From Myxococcales bacterium (GTDB taxonomy: Bacteria > Myxococcota_A > Polyangia > Polyangiales > Houyiibacteriaceae), in contig JAHBWH010000022.1 of assembly GCA_019637115.1 (NCBI GenBank), positions 762-64,761 on the forward strand: 64,000 nucleotides of DNA. Reading direction: 5' to 3'. This document shows, piece after piece, positions 1 through 9,119 of the stretch (its first letter is position 1; each line of letters starts with the position of its first letter). The notes beneath the pieces were generated by a model. It did no database searches. It worked only from the letters and a program-made list of their open reading frames with translations, and was not told the origin of the DNA. Made by a program: the position numbers and the translations under genes.

Positions 1-875
1 TCGACAGAGCCTCGCGACCTCGAAGGTCTGCGCGACGCCGCCAGTGAACATCGCGTCGGGCTGGAAGATGTCGTAGCAGCCGCGCTCGATCATCATCTTC
101 AGCTCGGGCAGGCCGCCAGTGTGGATCTCGCCGCCCGAGATGGGCACACGGCTGTGCGCGCGCAGCGCGATCTGCGCGTCGTAGTCGTCCATCGCGAGCG
201 GCTCCTCGAGCCAAGCGACGCCCGCGTCCGCGCAGACGTCGGCGAAGCGCTTGGCGCGCGCGAGATCCCAACGGGGCGCGTCCGCGATGACCGCGACGCG
301 CCAGCCTTGGTTGGCGTCGACACCGATCTTCATCTTGTCGCCGATGGCCTGCGCGGTCTCGCGCACCTGCGCGACGTCCAGCGCCTCGTCGAACTCGTGC
401 ACGCGCAGCTTGATCGCGCGGAACCCCTCGTCGTAGCGCGCGAGCGCCTCCTCGACGCGCGCCTCTGGGCGCCGCACCTGGCCAGTCGAGGCGTAGGCGC
501 GGATCCGGCAGTGTCGACCGCCGAGCAGCTCGTAGACGGGTTTGCCCGCGAGCTTGCCCTTGATGTCCCAGAACGCCGGCTCGATCCACCAATGCCGCGC
601 GCCGAGGTAGCCGACCTCGCGGAGGCGCTGCTGCATCGCGTCGATGTCCGTGGGGTCCTCGCCGATGAGGTATGGCGCGAGGACGGTCCCTAGGCCCTGA
701 CGCTCGTGCGCATTGCTTGCCCCGCCGACCACCCCTCGACGCCGTCGTCGGTGATGATTCGGATGAGGTCGAAGCGGTTCTCGCGCTGCGGGAAGCCCGG
801 GATCCAGCTGGGGTAGAACGTATCGGGGAGCGGGATCCGGACGTGGTAGAGTTCGACCCTGCGAATGGTGGTCAT
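1..875 (-). pseudogene. Enolase-superfamily enzyme (mandelate racemase/muconate lactonizing enzyme-like); 3' end lies beyond the window start; apparent frameshift near 720
   Basis: ORF 690-875 (MTTIRRVELYHVRIPLP...DDGVEGWSAG) stops at 690. My translation of the neighbouring minus frame continues HERQGLGTVLAPYLIGEDPTDIDAMQQRL...WDIKGKLAGKPVYELLGG...AIKLRVHEF...IGVDANQGW...WLEEPL...PISGGE, the typical MR/MLE pattern. The frames meet at a C4 run at 720-723. Confidence 0.7.
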
Positions 876-918
876 TCGGAGCTTCTAATACACCTGCGCC
901 CCGAAGTCCGAGCGGGCG

Positions 919-1473
919 TCACCCCGTCGCGCCGCCATGCAGGATGATCAGCGGACGCGCGCGATCGCCTCGGAGACCGACCCTCGGTCGAGCCGAGCTC
1001 CGGAACGCTCCTTTGCTGTCGCTGACGAGCTCGACGGTGCCGGTCACGGTGACGTAGGCGCCGTCGGCGACGCTGCGCTCGAGGAGCTGGAGCTGCGAGG
1101 GCGTGTCCGCGCGTTCGATCCCGAGCGCGCGAAGCGCGTGCGTCATCGCCTCGGGCTCGTGGAGCGTGCGCTCGTCGCCGGCCGGGACGCGGACCACCGA
1201 GTCGGCGAGGTTCAGGAGCACGGTGCTCGCGCCGTCGTCCAAGATCGCGTCGCTCCAACGCTCGACCTGGTAGGCGCGATCGAAGACCGTCAGGACGCGA
1301 CGGCTGAGAAAGCCGCGGCGCGCCACGAACGCGCTGCACGCGACCGAGTAGCCGACGAGCGGCGTCCCCCTCAGCCCGCGAACGGGCTCGACGGCGCGGA
1401 GCCGTCCGACGAGCCGGGCGCGCGTCCCGGAGGGCAGGTCCGCGACGTTCGAGACCGAGGTGAGCGCAGCCAT
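919..1473 (-). CDS. Hypothetical protein (184 aa from the internal ATG MAALTSVSNVADLP...)
   Basis: Minus ORF 919-1653. Its composition is protein-like, unlike the R/A/D/E-rich overlapping plus ORF 937-1668. The start was chosen at ATG 1471-1473. Confidence 0.5.
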   Translation of the reverse strand: MAALTSVSNVADLPSGTRARLVGRLRAVEPVRGLRGTPLVGYSVACSAFVARRGFLSRRVLTVFDRAYQVERWSDAILDDGASTVLLNLADSVVRVPAGDERTLHEPEAMTHALRALGIERADTPSQLQLLERSVADGAYVTVTGTVELVSDSKGAFRSSARPRVGLRGDRARPLIILHGGATG

Positions 1474-1672
1474 GGGGCGCCTGCGTACCACGGTTCGTGG
1501 GCCGCACAGCCCCCCAGGGATGTCGCCCTCCACCCGTGCGGCTTCCAGAGACGTCGATCCCTCGTCGGGCTCGGCGGAGCGTTCGCACGGCGCTCGAGGG
1601 CGAAGATGGGTGACCGCGCGGCTGGCTCGCGCCGACCTTGGCCTCCTCGGCAAGCTCGGTCAGCATGACGGC

Positions 1673-2815
1673 ATGCGAGCGCTGATACGTCGCCATCGAC
1701 TTGTCGTCCGGCGAGAGCTCGTGGCGGCCAGCGTCGGGGCCGCCATGGTCGCGCTCCTCCTTCTCGACGTCCTCCCGAGCGATCCGTTGGGGCTCGGGCG
1801 CTTCACGTGGTTCCCGGTGTTGCTCACCCTCGCCCTCTACGCGCCGCGGGTCGCACGTCGCGCTTCGACCGCGCTCGGCGTGCTCGGCGCAGAGGGCCGC
1901 CACCTCTCGCTCCACACGCCGTTCGGGCGGCGCGACCTCGGCGTCGTCGCTGGTGTGCACGTGTCCGCTGGCGAGCGCGGCGCGAGCCTCCTCTTCAGCA
2001 TGGAGGACGACGCGCTCGTCGCCGCTGAGGTCGATGATGCTGGCGTCGCCCAGGGTTTCGCCGAGGCGATCCGTCGCCGCGGCGCGACGCGCGTCGTCGC
2101 CCTGCCTCGCGCGGGCTTCGTGCGCATGATGACCATCCTGCGCTTCGTCGGCGCGCTCTTCGCGCTCGGCTACTACCTGCACACGGTCCATCACCTGATC
2201 GGAGGCCACAAGGCGTTCTACGGGCTGACGGCCCTCGGCTGCGGGGTGCTGCTGCTGATCGCGCACGTAGTCAGGCACCGCAAGCGCGCGGTCGTCTCAC
2301 AGGCGGGCATCCACCTCGACGGACACCCGCGGCCTTTCGGCGGGGAGACCCGCTTCGTGGCGACACGCGGAGACGTCCTGCTCATCACCGGCCAGGCACG
2401 CGAGCACCTCGACCTCGGAGAGCTCCCCCCCGCGATGCGTCACCACGTGGCCGCACACTTCTCTGCCGCGAGGCGCCCGCTCCCCGAGCCTCAGGAGGTC
2501 GAGCGCGAGCGCGCGGACGCGCTCCTCGCGCGGCTCCACGCCGAGCTCGCAGAGGGGGACGACGCGTATCGAGGGACGCAGGCGGCGGCGCGCTCTCGGA
2601 TCGAGGGGCTCGTCCACGAGGATTCGCGGCCGCTCACGGAACGCGCGCTCGCGCTCCGCGCGTTGCGCGCGAGCGACCCGAGCAGCTGCCCTCCCGCCGC
2701 GCTCCGCGAGGCCGTCGGCGCCGACGTGGTGTTCGTCGAGCGGGTGGCGGGCGCGGCGAGTGATGCCGCCGCGCTCGCGCTCGTCGAGCGACGTCGCCCA
2801 GTCTTCGTCGCGTGA
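1673..2815 (+). CDS. Hypothetical membrane protein (380 aa)
   Basis: Plus ORF 1460-2815, with the start taken at ATG 1673 (MRALIRRHRL...). It has hydrophobic segments (AAMVALLLLDVL, FPVLLTLALYA, MMTILRFVGALFALGYYL, LTALGCGVLLLIAHVV). The overlapping minus ORFs look like antisense shadows. Confidence 0.5.
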   Translation: MRALIRRHRLVVRRELVAASVGAAMVALLLLDVLPSDPLGLGRFTWFPVLLTLALYAPRVARRASTALGVLGAEGRHLSLHTPFGRRDLGVVAGVHVSAGERGASLLFSMEDDALVAAEVDDAGVAQGFAEAIRRRGATRVVALPRAGFVRMMTILRFVGALFALGYYLHTVHHLIGGHKAFYGLTALGCGVLLLIAHVVRHRKRAVVSQAGIHLDGHPRPFGGETRFVATRGDVLLITGQAREHLDLGELPPAMRHHVAAHFSAARRPLPEPQEVERERADALLARLHAELAEGDDAYRGTQAAARSRIEGLVHEDSRPLTERALALRALRASDPSSCPPAALREAVGADVVFVERVAGAASDAAALALVERRRPVFVA

Positions 2816-2970
2816 ACACCCCGACGTCGGGCCCGCTGGTTCGAGCAGCGCTCGAGGAGGCCTCCGCCTCCGACCCGCCTTCCGGGGATTCGGACGAACC
2901 TGAGTCGAGGCGAACCCAGGAGGCAGACCCGGAGGACCCCGGAGGAATCGGGAGGGGGAGGCGGCTCCCG

Positions 2971-3204
2971 GAACGCCCCACAACGCCGATCCGGGACGCC
3001 GATCTGGAACGCCGACCCGCAACGCCGATCCGGGACGCCGATCTGGAACGCCGACCCGGAACGCCGACCCGGAACGCCGATCTGGAACGCCGACCCGGAA
3101 CGCCGACCCGGAACGCCGACCCGGAACGCCGACCCGGAACGCCGACCCGGAGCGCCAACCCGGAACGCCGACCCGGAGCGCCAACCCGCAACGCCGACCC
3201 GGGA
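2971..3204. repeat. Tandem array of a 13-nt unit (consensus CGCCGACCCGGAA), about 17-18 copies
   Basis: Read directly. Units are cgccgatccggga / cgccgatctggaa / cgccgacccgcaa / cgccgacccggaa / cgccaacccggaa. The 13-nt period is not a multiple of 3, so all reading frames rotate through it. The first ~5 units carry GATC. Confidence 0.9.
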
Positions 3205-3239
3205 AACCGAGCCCTGTCGACAATTTCTGTTGACGCTCA

Positions 3240-3254
3240 TGAAAATCAATTTCA
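3240..3254. promoter_or_regulatory. Fur-box-like 15-mer TGAAAATCAATTTCA inside a short low-GC island, with TTGACG at 3230-3235
   Basis: Matches about 11 of 14 specified positions of the 7-1-7 Fur consensus TGATAAT-N-ATTATCA, and TGAAA-N5-TTTCA forms an inverted repeat. It lies 15 nt upstream of ATG 3269 of a cluster containing a TonB-dependent receptor and an HmuY-like gene. Confidence 0.4.
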
Positions 3255-3268
3255 AGTTCATCTTCGCC

Positions 3269-3505
3269 ATGAGCCAACGACGCCGTCCCCTCGCCGAGAG
3301 CGCCTTCTGTCGTGTCGACCGCCACTGCGGCTGCGGTCGTGTGCTCGAGGTGCACCTCGGCGCGCTGACGCTCCGTTTCGACCGCGGAAGTCTCCGGGCG
3401 CTCCAGCGCACGCTGACCGACGCGCTGGAGGCGCTCGACCGCGAGGTCGAGGAGGGCGCGCTCCTGCTCGACGTCCACCACGCGCCGCCTCGCGGCCAGG
3501 CCTGA
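3269..3505 (+). CDS. Small hypothetical protein (78 aa, MSQRRRPLAESAFCRVDRHCGCGRVLEV...)
   Basis: In-frame ATG inside ORF 3230-3505. It lies directly downstream of the low-GC promoter-like island and has a Cys cluster, CRVDRHCGC. Confidence 0.4.
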   Translation: MSQRRRPLAESAFCRVDRHCGCGRVLEVHLGALTLRFDRGSLRALQRTLTDALEALDREVEEGALLLDVHHAPPRGQA

Positions 3506-3521
3506 GCGAGCCGAGGCCACC

Positions 3522-3719
3522 ATGAGCCGCCGTCCGGTGCCGTACGTCGCGCACGCCGACCCCAACGGGGACGTCCGCTGCGAGTGCCATCGGCTCCTCG
3601 TGCGCCGCGTGCCCGAGGGACTCGAGCTCCGCTGTACGCGCTGCAAGCGCGACATCGTCCTGCGTTGGGAGACCATCGCCGCGCTCCGAAGCGAGCCCGT
3701 GGAAGTCGGGAGTCGTTGA
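3522..3719 (+). CDS. Small zinc-ribbon protein resembling the phage Mu Com zinc finger (65 aa)
   Basis: VRCECHRLLVRRVPEGLELRCTRCKRDIVL resembles the Com pattern C-x-C..LL....E(I/L)RCPRCKR. Its TGA stop overlaps a TTG start of the receptor gene (TTGA at 3716-3719). Confidence 0.45.
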   Translation: MSRRPVPYVAHADPNGDVRCECHRLLVRRVPEGLELRCTRCKRDIVLRWETIAALRSEPVEVGSR

Positions 3720-5830
3720 GCGAGCGCGCATTCCTCCTTCACGCCCCCGCCACACGCCCGCTGGTGCTCGCGCTCGCCTTCGCCCTGGTCGTCACCGGGC
3801 GCGCGCCAGCTCAGGCCGACGATGAGCTCGACGCGCTCCTCGACGAGCTCGAGGAGGCGCCACCTCCCCCGCGCGCGGCGCCAGGAGGTCGCGAAGCATC
3901 GGTCGACGCGGCCGACCTCACGCTGCGCGAGGTGGTCGTCACGGGCACCCGCAGGGAGGGCCTGCTCGCCGACACCCCCGTCGCGACCGAGGTCATCTCG
4001 CGCGACGAGATCGAGCGCAGCGGCGCCGAGACGCTCGCCGAGCTGCTCGAGGAGCAACCAGGCATCGACATCTTCGCCAGCGTGCGTGGTCAAGGGCTTC
4101 GCCTGCGCGGGCTCGAGCCCGAGCACACGCTCTTTCTCGTCGACGGCGAGCGCACGATCGGCCGCATGAACGGCGTGCTCGATCTGACGCGCTGGCAGCT
4201 CGACGACGTCGAGCGCGTCGAGATCGTCCGCGGCGCCGCGAGCGCGCTGTGGGGTAGCGACGCGCTCGGTGGCGTCATCAACGTGATCCCTCGAGAGGCC
4301 CGGCGCGGCTGGATGGCGGAGGGGCGCGCGACGTACGGCTATCAGGACCGCCGCCGGAGCAACCCCCGCGCGCGCTTTCAGGGAGGCCCGCGGGTCGACG
4401 ACGATGGCACCACCCTGCCGCGCGACGCGTACGGCGGCACCTACGATCTGACGAGCCGTCTCGGCTGGTCGAACGAGCGTGGCGGCGTCACCGCCTTCCT
4501 GGGCTACCACCGCCTCGACGGCTTCGACCTCGATCCTCGCGACGCGGCGACGACCGGGCCGGCCACCGAGACGTGGAACACGGGCGGCGGCGCGTGGCTT
4601 CGCATCAGGCGAGCGAAGGTGCGGCTCGGCGGCGAGTATCTCATCCGCAACGACGACGCGCAGGAGTCTCGCGGTCGCGTGGTCCTCGACCGGCTCAACC
4701 GCACCGAGCAGGCGCGCATCTCGCTCGCGCCCGAGATCCCCACGCGCAAAGGCATCCTCTCGCTCCGCGGCTCACTCACGATGTTCCGCGACCAGTTCCT
4801 GCGGCAGGTGCGCGGCGGCGAGCAGCTGGCGCCGCCGACCGACACTCGTGAGCGTCTGCTGCAGCTCCAGGCGCGCTACGTCCACGTCGCGTCCGACCGA
4901 AACATCACGACGCTCGGATACGACACCTCGCTCGAGATGCTGCAGACGCCACGCCTCGAGCGCGACGGCGCGCGCGCGCGCGTCGCGCCCTACCTCCAGC
5001 ACGAGTGGACGCCGAGCGAGACGCCCTACCTCTCCATCGTCCCAGGCGTGCGATTCGACGCCGACAGCTGGTTCGGGACGGCGCTCTCGCCGAAGCTCGC
5101 CGTGCGCTTCGACCCGCACGAGAAGCTCGTCTTGCGCACGAGCGGCGGCCGCGGCTTCCGCGCGCCCGACTTCCGCGAGCTGCTGCTCAACTTCAACGAG
5201 AACGCCTCGATCGGCTACGTCGTCGTCGGCAACGCCGACCTGCGGCCAGAGTCGAGCTGGAGCGCGGATCTCGGCGTCGAGGTGCGCGCGCACGCGACGA
5301 CGTGGGTCAGCGTCACGGCCTATTGGAACCGCGTCGCGGACCTGATCACCACCGACCTCGTCGGGGAGGAGGGCGGCGTGCAGACCTTCACCTACGTCAA
5401 CGTCGGCGACGCGCGTACCGCGGGGGTCGAGGCGATGCTCCGGCTTCGGCCCCTCGCCACGCGCCGCGGCCCCCATCGGCTCCACGTCGACCTGGGCTAC
5501 ACCTACCTGCACGCGCGGGACCTCGTGAACCAACGCGACCTCCCCGGACGTGCGCGCCACTGGGGCACGCTCCACGCGCGCTATCGACACGTGAAGGCGG
5601 GCTTCGAGGTGCTCTGGCGCTCCTCCCTCACCGGGCCGCGCTCGTTCACCGGCGGTGACGGCCCCGTGCGCACCGAGAGCACGCTCGCGCTCGACCTCCG
5701 CGTCGAGAAGTCCTTCGCCGACGACCGCTATCGCGTCTTCGTCGGTGCCGACAACGTCCTCAACAACGGCGGCATCTACCTGCCGCTTCGCCCTCGCACG
5801 TTCTGGGGCGGCGTCGCCGCCCGCTACTGA
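3716..5830 (+). CDS. TonB-dependent outer-membrane receptor (possibly heme/hemophore-type)
   Basis: ORF 3584-5830. It has a signal-like LVLALAFALVVTGRAPAQA, a plug region VVVTGTRREGLLADTPVATEVISRDEIERSGAETLAELL...GLRLRGLEPEHTLFLVDGER...VERVEIVRGAASALWGSDALGGVINVI, and a C-terminal aromatic end ...FWGGVAARY. The start is uncertain; TTG 3716 was chosen so the signal peptide is N-terminal. Confidence 0.9.
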   Translation: MSERAFLLHAPATRPLVLALAFALVVTGRAPAQADDELDALLDELEEAPPPPRAAPGGREASVDAADLTLREVVVTGTRREGLLADTPVATEVISRDEIERSGAETLAELLEEQPGIDIFASVRGQGLRLRGLEPEHTLFLVDGERTIGRMNGVLDLTRWQLDDVERVEIVRGAASALWGSDALGGVINVIPREARRGWMAEGRATYGYQDRRRSNPRARFQGGPRVDDDGTTLPRDAYGGTYDLTSRLGWSNERGGVTAFLGYHRLDGFDLDPRDAATTGPATETWNTGGGAWLRIRRAKVRLGGEYLIRNDDAQESRGRVVLDRLNRTEQARISLAPEIPTRKGILSLRGSLTMFRDQFLRQVRGGEQLAPPTDTRERLLQLQARYVHVASDRNITTLGYDTSLEMLQTPRLERDGARARVAPYLQHEWTPSETPYLSIVPGVRFDADSWFGTALSPKLAVRFDPHEKLVLRTSGGRGFRAPDFRELLLNFNENASIGYVVVGNADLRPESSWSADLGVEVRAHATTWVSVTAYWNRVADLITTDLVGEEGGVQTFTYVNVGDARTAGVEAMLRLRPLATRRGPHRLHVDLGYTYLHARDLVNQRDLPGRARHWGTLHARYRHVKAGFEVLWRSSLTGPRSFTGGDGPVRTESTLALDLRVEKSFADDRYRVFVGADNVLNNGGIYLPLRPRTFWGGVAARY

Positions 5831-5916
5831 TGCCACGGAGCGTCGAGCCCCCCCTCGATCGCCGCGTCTCCAACGTCCACTCCGCTCGCCGACGCGCGAC
5901 CACGACTGACACCCTC

Positions 5917-6702
5917 TTGAACGAGCCGTTCTTCCTCTCTCCCAAAAGCTTCCGACTCCTTCTCCTCGTGCTCGTCGGTTGCGCGCCCGCGCTCGGTGGC
6001 GGCCCCGTCGCGGACGCGGGAGCCGACACGCACACACTCGACGCCTCGATGGAGCCGCGGGCTGACGCGGACGTCGACGCCATCGTGGCTGCAGACGTGG
6101 GCGTCGAGGTCGACGCGGACGACGCCGAGCCGCCGCCGCCGGGGAGGGTGCGGCACGTCGAGCTCGGCGGAGGCGCACGCGAGACGCTCGTGGATGCCCG
6201 GTCCACGTCGGTCTGGGTCGCGATCGACCTCGACGCCGCAGGCCGCGAGCTCGACGTCGACGTGCTGGCCGACACCCGCTGGGACGTCGCCCTCCAGCGC
6301 TACCACTTCCGGACGAACGGTGGCGCGGGCGGCCCAGCCGAGGTGCGGGTCACGGCGCTCGACGACGTCCGCTTCGACGACGTCGTCCGCGGCCCACGCG
6401 CGGGGGATGGGGATCCTCACGACGCGCTGGGCTGGCGCCGCGACGAGCCGCCGCGCGAGTCCGACATCCCTGGCGAGGTGCCGATGGGCGACGGCGTGCC
6501 GTGGACGGTGATCTCCAACGAGGAGGACCCTTGGTACCTCTACGACGGCGCCACCCACGCGCTCACGCCCAAGGCGCGTGTCTACTTCGTCGAGAGCACC
6601 GAGGGGCGCCTCTTCGCGCTCGAGGTCGTCGACTATTACTCGCCCACGACGGGCTCCGCCGGCCACCCCGCGTTCCGTTGGAAAGAGCTGACGGACCGAT
6701 GA
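5917..6702 (+). CDS. HmuY-like lipoprotein
   Basis: ORF 5830-6702. It has a lipobox, FRLLLLVLVGC. WDVALQRYHFRTNGGAGGP and the C-terminal YFVESTEGRLFALEVVDYY resemble the HmuY family. It is adjacent to the TonB receptor. The start could be ATG 5830 (TGATG overlap) or TTG 5917. Confidence 0.6.
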   Translation: MNEPFFLSPKSFRLLLLVLVGCAPALGGGPVADAGADTHTLDASMEPRADADVDAIVAADVGVEVDADDAEPPPPGRVRHVELGGGARETLVDARSTSVWVAIDLDAAGRELDVDVLADTRWDVALQRYHFRTNGGAGGPAEVRVTALDDVRFDDVVRGPRAGDGDPHDALGWRRDEPPRESDIPGEVPMGDGVPWTVISNEEDPWYLYDGATHALTPKARVYFVESTEGRLFALEVVDYYSPTTGSAGHPAFRWKELTDR

Positions 6703-7014
6703 GCGCTCAACCGCGTCGTCGTCGTCGTCTCTTCGGAGCCGTCTCGTGGGTCACGCTTCGTTCGGGCGAGGTCAGGCGTGTCGTGCGGTCCGTGCGGTCC
6801 TCGCGACGACGCTCGACTCGTCTCTTCGGAGCCCTCTCGCGGGTCCATCCGCGCATCGTCCGCCCGCCCTTCGACGTGTCCACCGTGCGCCCCCGCCGCT
6901 CGGGCCAGCTCTCGGGCACCAGCGGTCGCAACCTCCTCGCGCAACCCCGTCGTCGCGCTTCGTGAATCAACCCGTGACCGCTCGCGCGGTCTCCCTTCGT
7001 TGGAGCATTTCGTC

Positions 7015-9051
7015 ATGAGAACGTCCGTCTTCCTCTCGCTCTCCTGGGTCGTGGCCTGCGGCGGCGCTTCCGCCACGACCGCACCGACCGTCACACCCCC
7101 CACGTCCCCACAGCACGCCTCGAGGGCCTCCGGCGCGCTCATCGACGCCGCCGCCGTTGCGACCGAAGGCGCCCTCCCCCCCTTGCCGATCGGGCTGACC
7201 AGCTTCGGGCTCGCGAGCGTCGGCGGCGACGTCTACCTCCTCGGTGGCTACCACGGTGAGCCTCACCGCTACGAAGCGGCCGGGCAGTCGAACGTGCTCT
7301 ACGTGCTCCGAGACCGCGCGACTCGCTGGGAGCGGGCCGCGACGATCGACGTCGGGCTGCAGAGCGTCGCGCTCGCGAACGTGGCTGGCGCAGCGCACCG
7401 CGTCGGCGGGATGAAGGTCGAGGGCGGCGTCGGCGGACCTGAAGGGGATGGCACCGGAACCCTCCGCTCGGTGGCCGATCACGCGCGCTTCGACCCTTCG
7501 TCGGGCGCCTGGACCGCGCTGCCCCCGCTGCCCGAGCCGCGCTCGTCGCACGACGCGATCGCGCTCGGAGAGGACCTCTACGTCGTCGGCGGCTGGCGCA
7601 TCGACGGCGCACCGACCGACGGCACCTACGCCTCGACGATGCTGCGCTTCCGCGGCGGCGCGTGGGAGTCGCTGCCGCAGCCCTTTCGCCGTCGCGCGCT
7701 GGGCCTTGCGGCGACGCAGAGGCACCTCGTCGCGGTCGGTGGGCTCTCGCCCGAGGGGGTCTCGCAGGCTGTGAGCGTGTACGACGTCGTGTCCGAGGAG
7801 TGGTCGGAGGGGCCGGCGCTCCCTGGCGACCACACGGGCTTCGGCGTCGCGGTGCTCGGGGTCGGCGAGGACGTGCTCGCTTGTGGTCGGGACGGCGTGA
7901 TCCGTCGGTGGCGCGTCGGCGAGCCTGGGTGGACCGAGGTCTCTCGCCTCGCGTTCCCGCGCTTCTTCCACCGAATGGTACCGGTCGCGGGCGGTGAGAT
8001 CGCGGTCGTCGGCGGCATCGGCAGCATGCACACGCACGGACGCACGCGCGTCGTCGAGCGCCTCGACGCCGGCGGCCGCGCGCCACGCGTCGTCCTGCAC
8101 ACGCTTCCCTGGGACGGCGCGGCGAAGAACCGGCAGGGGATGTTCGTGGTCGGCGACCACCTCTACCTCTTCGGGGGCAACGACTCGCTCGGTCAGCACG
8201 ACTTCGAGGTGGAGCATTTCGTCTCCGAGGGCTGGCGCGTGCACCTCTCGGCGCTGACGCGCGAGCCGCGCGCGCCCTACCCCGTGCGCCGGCAGACGAT
8301 GACGACGCTCGTCCTCCCGGGGGACGAGCCGAGCGCCCTCTTCGTCGCGGGCTTTGGCCACGAGAGCCCGACGGCCACGGGCGAGGAAGAGAGCGTCGCG
8401 GTCACGCATCCCGAGGTCTACTCGTACGACGTCGCGCGCGACCGCTGGTCGCTCCGCGCGTCGCTCCCGGTCCCGCGCTCGCAGACGAGCGTCGCCGTCC
8501 ACGAGGGCACGCTCTTCGTGCTCGGCGGGCTCGACTACGACTCCCGCCGCCCGGAGCACGACCAGTTCCGGCACCTGACGGAGATCGTCTCGCTGGCGCC
8601 GGGGGCGGAGGCGTTCACGACGCTGGACGTCGCGCTCCCTGGGCCGCGACGCGCCTTCGGCGGGGCGACACACGAGGGCGTCTTCTACCTCGTCGGCGGC
8701 ATGCGCGAGGCGTTCACGCTGGTCGACGACTGCGTCGCCTTCGAGCTCGCGACGCGCACGTTCGGGCCGCTCCCGTGCCCGGCGGCGCCTCGGCTGAACC
8801 CGCAGCTCGTTCGTGTCGATGGGAAGCTCGTGCTCGTCGGGGGCACGACGCGTCTCGAAGGCGGCGAGCTCGGCGAGGATCGCTCGATCGAGATCTTCGA
8901 CCCGTCGACGGGGCGCTGGTCGCGCGCGGCCGCCGAGCTGCCCTTCACTCCGAAGCACGCCCAGGCCTTCGCGTGGAATGGGCGCCTGCTCGTCGTCTCC
9001 ACCCACTCCGAGGACGCAGCGCTCCGGCTCGCGCTCCTCGATCTCCACTGA
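7015..9051 (+). CDS. Kelch-repeat (beta-propeller) lipoprotein, 678 aa
   Basis: ORF 6778-9051. ATG 7015 gives MRTSVFLSLSWVVACGG, a lipobox. It has repeated GG..Y..GG / W..LP motifs (VGGDVYLLGGYHG, LGEDLYVVGGWR, VVGDHLYLFGGND, HEGTLFVLGGLD, EGVFYLVGGM, DGKLVLVGG). Confidence 0.8.
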   Translation: MRTSVFLSLSWVVACGGASATTAPTVTPPTSPQHASRASGALIDAAAVATEGALPPLPIGLTSFGLASVGGDVYLLGGYHGEPHRYEAAGQSNVLYVLRDRATRWERAATIDVGLQSVALANVAGAAHRVGGMKVEGGVGGPEGDGTGTLRSVADHARFDPSSGAWTALPPLPEPRSSHDAIALGEDLYVVGGWRIDGAPTDGTYASTMLRFRGGAWESLPQPFRRRALGLAATQRHLVAVGGLSPEGVSQAVSVYDVVSEEWSEGPALPGDHTGFGVAVLGVGEDVLACGRDGVIRRWRVGEPGWTEVSRLAFPRFFHRMVPVAGGEIAVVGGIGSMHTHGRTRVVERLDAGGRAPRVVLHTLPWDGAAKNRQGMFVVGDHLYLFGGNDSLGQHDFEVEHFVSEGWRVHLSALTREPRAPYPVRRQTMTTLVLPGDEPSALFVAGFGHESPTATGEEESVAVTHPEVYSYDVARDRWSLRASLPVPRSQTSVAVHEGTLFVLGGLDYDSRRPEHDQFRHLTEIVSLAPGAEAFTTLDVALPGPRRAFGGATHEGVFYLVGGMREAFTLVDDCVAFELATRTFGPLPCPAAPRLNPQLVRVDGKLVLVGGTTRLEGGELGEDRSIEIFDPSTGRWSRAAAELPFTPKHAQAFAWNGRLLVVSTHSEDAALRLALLDLH

Positions 9052-9059
9052 ACGAATCT

Positions 9060-9090
9060 CCGCGAGCCGCTCTCTTCGGGCGGCTCGCGG
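9060..9090 (+). terminator. Hairpin CCGCGAGCCGC-tctcttcgg-GCGGCTCGCGG, 9 nt after the Kelch gene stop
   Basis: Perfect 11-bp stem read directly. There is no U-tract, which is common at high GC. Confidence 0.5.
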
Positions 9091-9119
9091 ACCCGTCGCC
9101 CAGGCGCCTCGTGCGAGGT

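Noticed and set aside
2971-3204. Whether the 13-mer array, or the arrays at 11.4 kb and 40.2 kb, could be CRISPR
   Set aside because: The units are directly abutting with no unique spacers, and the repeat length (6-19 nt) is far below CRISPR repeats. No cas genes are present in the window.
872-4510. Long minus-strand ORFs 872-2278 (468 aa) and 2297-4510 (737 aa)
   Set aside because: They are Arg/Ala/Pro-rich nonsense. The second runs straight through the 13-nt repeat array (giving periodic GVPGRRSGSAFRV) and lies opposite the TonB receptor plug domain.
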